From UHGV virus genome UHGV-0205696: 42,992 nt of DNA. One strand, given 5' to 3'. This document shows, piece after piece, positions 35,221 to 42,992 of this stretch. The notes under the pieces were generated by a model. That model saw nothing but the letters and a program-made list of their open reading frames with translations. It searched no databases and was not told the DNA's origin. Positions within the stretch are counted from its first letter, which is position 1, and each line of letters begins with the position of its first letter. Position numbers and translations under genes: made by a program. The stretch is from a virus.

Positions 35221-38200
35221 ATGGATGGAATAATCGTTGAAAAGAAAGTTGTCGTCAAGGCAATTGACCAGCTAACTACACCACTCGCCCGTATGAATGA
35301 ACGAATGACGCAGCTTGAGGGAAAAGTAAATCAGTTCAATCAGAAGATGAGCACTGGTGCTTCAAGCCAGCAGACATTCAAAACTTCGTTAAATGAAATC
35401 AAGGCTTCTGCCTCCGAGGCTGATACCGCGTTGGGGAAAATTAATCGTACTATCGACCGAATCCCAACCAATAAAAAGGTTGATGTCAAGGCTGACACGG
35501 AGGAAGCCAAGCAAAAAACCTCATCGTTTGATGAGAGCCTGAAACAACTCCGTCGGGATGCACCAAAGATTAAGCCAACCGTTGATACTAATGAAGCTAA
35601 TGGCAAACTTAACCTTTTTCAAAGAAATTTGGAAACAACTCGAAAAGTCGGCGGACGGTTAAAAGACTTCATTGCTGGGAACCTTATTGCTAATGGAATT
35701 AGCACGATTGCTAGTAATTTGAGAACATGGGCCGGCCAAGGATTTGAAGCGGCTAAAGCAGGTACCGAAGTGGCCGAGCGCTGGAGCAACTTGGGGATGT
35801 CGCAACAAGAGATTAAGACTACTGGTGCGGCGGTCAAAGAACTTAAAGAGAATTCGAATTTGTCAGGAGTAGCTGTTGGCAACTTGGTCACCCGGTTTTA
35901 TGGGTTCACTGGCAGTGCTGAAAGAGCGCAAGAATTAGCAACTGGGGTTGCGTCACTTGCTGACAAAATGAAGCTAAGTCAAGGTCAAGCGGACGGCTTC
36001 GCTAATGGGTTAACCAGAATTGAATCATCTGGGAAAGTCACTGCTCAATCACTAGGTCGGCTTGAACGGAGTGTTCCTGGGCTTACCAAGGCACTCCAAC
36101 AAGCCAGCGGAATGACCAAAGAACAGTTTGACAGTCTACTGGCTTCTGGTGATATGACGGCGAACCAGTTTAATGACATTTTGGCAAAGGCCTCTAAGAG
36201 TTGGAATGAAAATTCGAAGGAATGGAACGGCACTGTTGACGGCGCACTTCATCATATGAAAACTTCTTGGGACGATGCTAAGAAGGCATTCATGGCGCCG
36301 CTAGTTAGTTCGGCTGGTTCAGGGCTTGGAGCATTAAGTAAAGCACTCGACCGATTGAACCCGCTGTTTGTTGCGGCAGGTAAGAGCGTCGCTGACCTTT
36401 CCGAAAAGTTTGCCAAGTGGCTAACGCCACGTCACGTTGACGATATTGGAAAGATTGTTACCACCCTCGGTAAAATGCTGATGGTCATTGGTAAGGGTGC
36501 CTGGAAGGCATTCTCAGGAATAATTAGTGGGCTAACTGCTCCTTTTAGACTTCTCGGCAGTCATGGTAAAAAGGCTGGTGATGCCTTTGACAAGTTGGCA
36601 GACGGAATGGACCATCTGTCTAAAAACAAGATGGCTATGAAAGTGCTAGAAGGTATCGGTATGATACTCGCCACGCAGTTTGCCTACTCTAAGCTGTTCA
36701 AAATAGTAAGTGCATTAACTGGGATTAGCGGTGCACTTGGAAAAATTCGTGGATTGAAGTTTAGCGGTCACTTATTCGGTGACCTTTTTACTAACTTAAA
36801 AAGGATTTCAAGAATCCGTATTAACCCTGCTAAATGGTTTAAAGGTGGCGGCAACTGGGCAAAGAATCTGTTTAAAACTGCACCAGAAGAAGCGCTTAGG
36901 AGTGGTGATAAAGCAGGTGGAAATTTTCTCACTCGGTTTGCTGCCAAAACTAACTCCAGTCGTTTTGCTCAACTCGGGCGAACTGCTGGAGGCCGTCTGA
37001 TTTCTGGTGTTGGTCTGGCATTTGAAGCCTACGACTTAGTTAAGGACTTGCATGGTGCTTTCACTACCCATAATGGAACTACTCGTTCACGTGACATCGG
37101 TAAAGCCGCTGGTGCTGGGATTGGTGCCGGAATTGGATTCTTCTTTGGTGGCCCTGCTGGCGCAGCCCTTGGAGGTATGATTGGCCGTGTTATCGGTGGA
37201 AAGATTGGGCCAGCCGTTGGCAAGTTTGGCAACAGCATTGGCAAAGTGCTTAATGATATTTTTGTTAAACACGACTGGAACAAGGTTTGGTCTGATATTG
37301 GCAAGGGCTGGCAGTCATTCTGGAAAGGAATGGGTGACTGGTGGGACAAGACCATTGGTAAAAAGGGCTCGCATACTTCAAGTAGTAAGTCCAAGCAGCC
37401 CAGCGAGCATGAAATCAGATCCCTTGGTGGTAATCATTACTCACGCGCCGACATTGCTAATGTGAAGGCGATGAACAGTGCTATCACTACCTACACCAGG
37501 TCGTTAAAGTCATTAAAGGAAGTTATCAAACATAACGATCCTACGAAGTCGCTGAACTCGATGAATAAGAACCTCAAGAACTTCATCAAGGAAATGCTTA
37601 AAAGTGAGAAGCCACTCGAAAAGGTATCAAAGACTTTTAAGAATTTCGGCAAGTCAGTGAAGACGATTGCTAACTCGATGAAAGGCTTGACTGGCAAGCA
37701 TGGCCTAGGAGAATTCGATAAGGACCTTACGAAGCTAGATAAAGACACGAAGCACTCCAAGGTTGGCGAATATTTTGAGAAGCTCACCAAGTCAATCAAA
37801 AAGTCAAAGCTGACTGACCAATTTAAGAGTCTTACCGAGTATCTCGGATCGATGGTCAAAGATTGGGGACAGCTTATCAAGCCGATGCAGAAGGCTGAAA
37901 AGGAGTTTGCTTCTTTTGAGAAAACCATCGGCAAACTGTCTAATAAAAAGACTGGCTTGAGCAAAGTAGATAGTGATATCAAGACGCTTTCCAAGGACTT
38001 GAAGAAGTATGATTTCGGTAAAGAACTTGGGAAGCAAATGCAGACTGCTAGCAAGCAATTACAAGGGAAGCATAGCTTTACCAAGCAATTTACTGAAATG
38101 ACAAGGACGATTGAGAATGAACTCAGGAGTTTCCACAAGAGCTTTACTCGTGATTGGGCTAGTGTCTGGCAGAACCTTAGTCGTGATGCCGTACGTGGCT

Positions 38201-39597
38201 TGGGACAGGTAGTTCGCCGCGCTAACAGCAGTTTCAGTGAGATTCGTGGTTCTGAGCGTCGCTTTACCAGTGGCTTTCTTGGCAGCTGGAGGAGCTGGAT
38301 TAGCGGAGTAGTAAATTCGTTCCGCTCCGGCTTCAATAAGTTGGCCGGGATTGCTGAGAAGTCTATGCACGATATCGTTAACCGCCTTAATCGTGGTATC
38401 AGCGCAATCAACGCAGTTATCACAGACTTTGGTGGCGATAAGTCGCTTGGGTCGATTAGATATGCTACTGGTACATCAATGGCTGGTGGAACTGGAGCTG
38501 CATACTCAGCTCATCCAGGTGGCGAAGCTGTCATCAATGACGGGAAAGGTCCACACAAGCAGGAACTTGTCTGGCAGCCGTCCAAGGGCTGGCAGGCATT
38601 TGCTGGGATAAATCGCCACGTCTGGCTTGAACCCGGTGCACAGATTGTACCTGCTGAACGCTCACATCAGATTCTGTCGCGTATGTGGGTCCCACACTAT
38701 GCTTACGGGAACCTATCACGAGAGCAGTTGGACCGCATCGAAGATGAGTTCATGAGTTCGCCACTTGATGCAGCCAAGCAGCTGATGTTGGGGGTAACCA
38801 ACTGGGATTCAAACGTTCCATTGATTTCAGACTTTGGTGAAGCAACAGCAATCGGTTTTGGTCATGGCATTGCCAATGTTCTTAAAACTGCTGTTGGAAC
38901 GGTTCAGCACGCCATTGGCGGCGATTGGGGACCGGCCATCAGTTCAGCCGCCCGGCATATGTGGGCTAAAATCTCACGCGGCTTCCGTGACGAGCTGAAG
39001 CAAGTAATCCAAAACGAATCCGGGGGTATTGAAAATCGGATTCAAGATGCTGCTGTCGATGATGTCAACATGCGGAATGGTAATCCCGCGCAAGGGATAC
39101 TGCAGTATATCCCACAGACGTTTGCTAAGTATGCCATGCCGGGACACGGCAACATTCTTGCCGGCTTTGACCAACTGCTTGCGTTCTTCAACAATACTGA
39201 CTACTTGAATTCGATTGGATTTAGTCCGGTACTACACAAGATTGACTGGCTGAATGCTGGCCCCGTTGGTGGTCGCCGCTATGCAAATGGCGGGCACATC
39301 ACAGAGCCGCAGGCGGCTTTAATCGGTGACAATGCCGAACACGATGAGTATGTAATCAATCCTTACCAAGATAACTCAATCCCACTACTTAACCAGGCGT
39401 GGGAAACGGTACGTAGTCGGCGGCCTGATCTTGTGCAAGCACAGAGCCCAGTCGTCAACACCCAGGTGGTTGAATTACTTAAGATTGCGGTTGATAAGCT
39501 GGATAAAGTCAATATCCATCCAGTTGTTAAAGTAGATGATGTGCGTGGCCCAATCAACAACGCTGATGCGCTGGACTATGCCCGGATAATGAACTAG
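35221..39597 (+). CDS. Tape measure protein with C-terminal lytic transglycosylase-like domain
   Basis: 1458 aa helical protein; IQNESGG...AQGILQYIPQTF...DQLLAFFNN lysozyme-fold motif. Confidence 0.9.
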   Translation: MDGIIVEKKVVVKAIDQLTTPLARMNERMTQLEGKVNQFNQKMSTGASSQQTFKTSLNEIKASASEADTALGKINRTIDRIPTNKKVDVKADTEEAKQKTSSFDESLKQLRRDAPKIKPTVDTNEANGKLNLFQRNLETTRKVGGRLKDFIAGNLIANGISTIASNLRTWAGQGFEAAKAGTEVAERWSNLGMSQQEIKTTGAAVKELKENSNLSGVAVGNLVTRFYGFTGSAERAQELATGVASLADKMKLSQGQADGFANGLTRIESSGKVTAQSLGRLERSVPGLTKALQQASGMTKEQFDSLLASGDMTANQFNDILAKASKSWNENSKEWNGTVDGALHHMKTSWDDAKKAFMAPLVSSAGSGLGALSKALDRLNPLFVAAGKSVADLSEKFAKWLTPRHVDDIGKIVTTLGKMLMVIGKGAWKAFSGIISGLTAPFRLLGSHGKKAGDAFDKLADGMDHLSKNKMAMKVLEGIGMILATQFAYSKLFKIVSALTGISGALGKIRGLKFSGHLFGDLFTNLKRISRIRINPAKWFKGGGNWAKNLFKTAPEEALRSGDKAGGNFLTRFAAKTNSSRFAQLGRTAGGRLISGVGLAFEAYDLVKDLHGAFTTHNGTTRSRDIGKAAGAGIGAGIGFFFGGPAGAALGGMIGRVIGGKIGPAVGKFGNSIGKVLNDIFVKHDWNKVWSDIGKGWQSFWKGMGDWWDKTIGKKGSHTSSSKSKQPSEHEIRSLGGNHYSRADIANVKAMNSAITTYTRSLKSLKEVIKHNDPTKSLNSMNKNLKNFIKEMLKSEKPLEKVSKTFKNFGKSVKTIANSMKGLTGKHGLGEFDKDLTKLDKDTKHSKVGEYFEKLTKSIKKSKLTDQFKSLTEYLGSMVKDWGQLIKPMQKAEKEFASFEKTIGKLSNKKTGLSKVDSDIKTLSKDLKKYDFGKELGKQMQTASKQLQGKHSFTKQFTEMTRTIENELRSFHKSFTRDWASVWQNLSRDAVRGLGQVVRRANSSFSEIRGSERRFTSGFLGSWRSWISGVVNSFRSGFNKLAGIAEKSMHDIVNRLNRGISAINAVITDFGGDKSLGSIRYATGTSMAGGTGAAYSAHPGGEAVINDGKGPHKQELVWQPSKGWQAFAGINRHVWLEPGAQIVPAERSHQILSRMWVPHYAYGNLSREQLDRIEDEFMSSPLDAAKQLMLGVTNWDSNVPLISDFGEATAIGFGHGIANVLKTAVGTVQHAIGGDWGPAISSAARHMWAKISRGFRDELKQVIQNESGGIENRIQDAAVDDVNMRNGNPAQGILQYIPQTFAKYAMPGHGNILAGFDQLLAFFNNTDYLNSIGFSPVLHKIDWLNAGPVGGRRYANGGHITEPQAALIGDNAEHDEYVINPYQDNSIPLLNQAWETVRSRRPDLVQAQSPVVNTQVVELLKIAVDKLDKVNIHPVVKVDDVRGPINNADALDYARIMN

Positions 39598-39608
39598 GAG
39601 GTGGCAAA

Positions 39609-40586
39609 GTGATAGAGCCTTTTTCAAAAACGAAAGATGAGGATAAGCCCCATGCTTATCCTTTTTTAACGCCGTTTGAAGTGGGGAAGGGTGCAAAAAG
39701 ATATTTGGACTATGAGCCAATCGAATTTGCAATCTCCCCAGACGGTAAGGAGTGGACAAGTGATTACGATGTTCCCGACCTTGCTAACATCTATTGCTAC
39801 TCTGCCCCCGGAGTTCAACCAGCTTCGGCTTCTGACAGTTTGCGTAAAGTCGGACTACAAGATGGCTCACGCCTGCTATCCACCTCATACTCAGAACGAG
39901 AGCTTACTATGAAGCTGATTTCATACGGCAACTACGACGAGGGTGATGTAATGCTCGGATATGACGCGTTACAACGCTTTTTAGTTTCTCGTGATCCGTA
40001 CTGGATTTGCTTTGCCAACTGGCCGCATCGTATGTATTACGTCAAGGCAAAGATGAGCGCACCAACTTACACCAGTATGACTGGCTGGTCCGTTGATGTG
40101 ACTTTTACCGACCTGATTGGGTTGAGCAGGAGTGTGGGCACTACTGGGGATTATGCCAACATGGTTTTGGGCTTTGGTAACAATGAGCCGTTAGACCGGC
40201 CGCAGTACCAGTTCACCACTAATCACTTTACGGTAGATAATACGTCTGATGTTCGGATTGATCCCGAGCGGCGAGGGCACCCATTTGTGCTGACGCTTGA
40301 AGGTAGTTCCAATGGCAATATGAAGATTACCAATAAAACTACTGATGAACACGTTGTAAGGAGTGGCATACTTCTACATGATAAGGATGGTAAAGAAGTA
40401 CGAGAAAACACTAATTTCAGTGGAAAATGGGTGCTGAATGGAGTGCGTAAAACGCTGAATGGCAAAAGTGATAATTTCCACTGTTCATCAGGAGTGCTTA
40501 CCTTGGCAAAGGGCCCCAACGAGTTTCAAATTGATAATTTCAATGGCACAGTTACTTTCGACTATGCGGAGTGGTGGCTATCATGA
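39609..40586 (+). CDS. Distal tail protein (Dit)
   Basis: DGSRLLSTSYSERELT motif; L..G.NEF C-terminus; follows TMP. Confidence 0.8.
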   Translation: MIEPFSKTKDEDKPHAYPFLTPFEVGKGAKRYLDYEPIEFAISPDGKEWTSDYDVPDLANIYCYSAPGVQPASASDSLRKVGLQDGSRLLSTSYSERELTMKLISYGNYDEGDVMLGYDALQRFLVSRDPYWICFANWPHRMYYVKAKMSAPTYTSMTGWSVDVTFTDLIGLSRSVGTTGDYANMVLGFGNNEPLDRPQYQFTTNHFTVDNTSDVRIDPERRGHPFVLTLEGSSNGNMKITNKTTDEHVVRSGILLHDKDGKEVRENTNFSGKWVLNGVRKTLNGKSDNFHCSSGVLTLAKGPNEFQIDNFNGTVTFDYAEWWLS

Positions 40587-42979
40587 TTAATTTACCAACA
40601 AATGCCAATTTAAATTTGCAAATTACAAATAATTTGAATAATAAAGGTGGCGACGTTGAGGAATACCTTGATTTAAACGACTTACGGGATACATTCAAAA
40701 TTAACATTCAGCTGAACTCCGCTTATGAAATTAGTTTCACGGCTACTTATACCACTCAGTATAAGGAAGCCCATGATTTGCTCCAGCCTAAGCGTGGAAT
40801 CTGGTTTAACGATCAGGAATACTACATTCAGCAGCTCAATAACACTACTGACGAGAATGGCTTTGATCAGCTACAAGTGACGGCTACTGCTATGCTAATT
40901 GACCTGATGAAGAATGTGCGTATCGACCCAGCTGAGCCTACTGAGGACCACCCAGAAACGTCAGACGATAAGTCAGATAATTCGGGCGACGATCAACAGC
41001 AGGATCCGGCACCGGGAACTATCACGGTCAAGAAGACCGATGAGCAGCAGACCTACACTCTGCAAGACCGGTTGGACCAGTTCTTTAAGAATAATGACCA
41101 GGGTATCAAGTACGAATTGCACGGCAACTTCCCCCAGGCGGCCGTTGACTGTCAGGGAAGCCTTTATGAGTGGCTGGGGTCTAACCTAGCGACATTCGGG
41201 GCATACTACGTTCCTGACAACTACGTCCTAAAGATTTATGACATCGCCAGCTTACGCCGTAAGACTGACCATGAATTCCGCTATCTTCACAACACCAGCA
41301 CCATTAACTTGCAGACTGACGCTACTAGCATGGTCAACTGCTGTGAGGTGTACGGTGGAAAGATGGAAAAAGATATCACTTCCGGTGGTGCTGGTGGTGG
41401 CGGTGACCTTGATTCCGTTGAGGGCTTTGCTAAGTCACCTATTAATGCTGATTTCGGCGTCAATAAACAGGCAATGTTAAGCAACTTTGCGGCACGCTCT
41501 GCTAAGGTTCAAGCACGTGGAGTTGACGTTAACCGCCTCTATGATGTTATTAAGCAAAATGGGGTGAGCCCTGAGTGGTTTATGGCTTACGAAATATGTG
41601 AGCAAAATCCTTACATGGGTTGGCTAAACCATTGGGCTTATCCACATGGGGACCCGTATAATGACGCCAAAGTTGTATGCGATTGGATTAAACAAACTGC
41701 CAATGTTGATAATCCTAATTATGCTTGGAGTGCGGCAGAAGGGTCTATCGGGGCGAATGCTGGTTTGGCTGCAAAGTGGAACCAAGAATTCCCCAAAGGC
41801 AGTATTGGCCGTGTTTATCTGCAAGGTACGGCGGCCGCTGTATGGGAGTTAGCTAATCAGTCTGGAAATGCATCCATGGGTAGACCGCTTTCACAGTGTG
41901 TGTCAATTATCAAGTCATGGGGCGGTCATACCGTCCATAACGATGGCGCCGATGGTGGCGGCTGGGCTTGGCCATTTGCCTGTGGTGAGGGTACTTTTAT
42001 GAGTGATCAGCTATTCGGTGTTCATCCAGGGAATGGACGTCCTAATAACTTCCATGATGGTCTTGACTTTGGTTCAATTGACCACCCTGGGGCAGAAGTG
42101 CATGCTATTCACGGTGGCAAAGTAACCCAAATTGCTTATGGTCAAGGGGTCGATTGGTACTGTGTTGTTACTGATAGCACCGGGCTAAACGTTGAATATC
42201 AGGAAGCATTTAGTAATCCTGGATTATTCCGTGTTCAAGTAGGCCAAACAATCAAGACTGGTGACGTGATTGGAATTCGGGACGGTACCCACGTGCACAT
42301 TGGGATTACCAGAATGGCTATCCCGGCGGCATTTGCCCACTGGGCATCTAACGATGGAACCTGGTTGGACCCGCAACAAATGATTAAGACTGGCGGCAAT
42401 GCTTCACCGGGCGGGGATAGTGGCAGTAGTGATGTGACTACCACGACACAGACCTACTATTCACTGCACTATACTTACCGTGATGAGGAAAGCATTGCCA
42501 AGTACGGCTTGCAAAAGGGCCCGCCAATAACGATGGATAGTATCTACGACATGAATGCCCTAAAGCAGTATGTTGAGCAGACTGTCCAACACGACCCGCC
42601 AACGACGCTGACCGTCAGTAACGTTTCGGAAACTGACTTTAATATTGGTGATGTGTGGCACTTGGTAGCGCCAGAGCTGAACCTTGACACTGATGTCACA
42701 CTAATGGGGATTAGCTATAATCCTTACAATCCTTCGGAGGACGCTTCGGTTACCTTCAATAACACGGGTTTGGACATGAAGAACTCCATATATGCAATGG
42801 CGAAGGACATTAAGCAGATGAACCACAACGTTGATAACTTTGACATCTACGGATCTATTGGGGCCCGCAAAGAAGACCATTTCAGTGGCATTGATACCAA
42901 TCAGAATAAAGATGGTGATAGCTCGATGAAGTTTAGCTCAAAGGAGCTTGAAGCCATCAAGCAGTTCACAAACAGTTAG
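40583..42979 (+). CDS. Tail-associated lysin (Tal) with internal M23 peptidase
   Basis: Prophage tail endopeptidase-type N-terminus; FHDGLDFG...VHAIHGG...HVHIG M23 motifs; ATGA coupling with Dit. Confidence 0.85.
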   Translation: MINLPTNANLNLQITNNLNNKGGDVEEYLDLNDLRDTFKINIQLNSAYEISFTATYTTQYKEAHDLLQPKRGIWFNDQEYYIQQLNNTTDENGFDQLQVTATAMLIDLMKNVRIDPAEPTEDHPETSDDKSDNSGDDQQQDPAPGTITVKKTDEQQTYTLQDRLDQFFKNNDQGIKYELHGNFPQAAVDCQGSLYEWLGSNLATFGAYYVPDNYVLKIYDIASLRRKTDHEFRYLHNTSTINLQTDATSMVNCCEVYGGKMEKDITSGGAGGGGDLDSVEGFAKSPINADFGVNKQAMLSNFAARSAKVQARGVDVNRLYDVIKQNGVSPEWFMAYEICEQNPYMGWLNHWAYPHGDPYNDAKVVCDWIKQTANVDNPNYAWSAAEGSIGANAGLAAKWNQEFPKGSIGRVYLQGTAAAVWELANQSGNASMGRPLSQCVSIIKSWGGHTVHNDGADGGGWAWPFACGEGTFMSDQLFGVHPGNGRPNNFHDGLDFGSIDHPGAEVHAIHGGKVTQIAYGQGVDWYCVVTDSTGLNVEYQEAFSNPGLFRVQVGQTIKTGDVIGIRDGTHVHIGITRMAIPAAFAHWASNDGTWLDPQQMIKTGGNASPGGDSGSSDVTTTTQTYYSLHYTYRDEESIAKYGLQKGPPITMDSIYDMNALKQYVEQTVQHDPPTTLTVSNVSETDFNIGDVWHLVAPELNLDTDVTLMGISYNPYNPSEDASVTFNNTGLDMKNSIYAMAKDIKQMNHNVDNFDIYGSIGARKEDHFSGIDTNQNKDGDSSMKFSSKELEAIKQFTNS

Positions 42980-42992
42980 GGGGGGATAGAAG

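Noticed and set aside
37491..38423. 310 aa minus-strand ORF inside the tape measure gene
   Set aside because: Antisense shadow of a Lys/Glu-rich coding strand; no recognisable motif

Overview
The window appears to be a complete, circularly permuted ~43 kb temperate siphophage genome from a lactobacillus. The gene content suggests a Limosilactobacillus-type host, which is an inference. The last bases (GGGGGGGATAGAAG) supply the ribosome-binding site for the ATG at position 1, and an intact attP-like site lies next to the integrase, so this is probably the excised or virion form. Gene order: distal tail and baseplate genes (1-4346); holin and GH25 endolysin (4446-6593); an accessory operon with its own promoter encoding two unknown proteins, an SNF2-like ATPase, an IbrA-like PAPS-reductase/PP-loop protein, an IbrB-like ParB protein, a small HTH protein and an AP2 protein (6854-11510); attP and a large serine integrase; an ImmA/CI/Cro switch; a second Arc/Mnt-like ribbon-helix-helix switch; ERF, a replication initiator with iterons, many small early genes, RusA and ArpU; an ~830 nt structured non-coding region with tRNA-like elements; and a pac-type head module followed by the tail module (TAC with a -1 frameshift, TMP, Dit, Tal). 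The most interesting candidates are the SNF2-IbrA-IbrB cassette (possible DNA-modification or defence system), the large structured RNA upstream of terS, two families of repeated cis-acting RNA motifs, and the immI-like second switch. All family assignments come from motif recognition by eye; no database searches were run.
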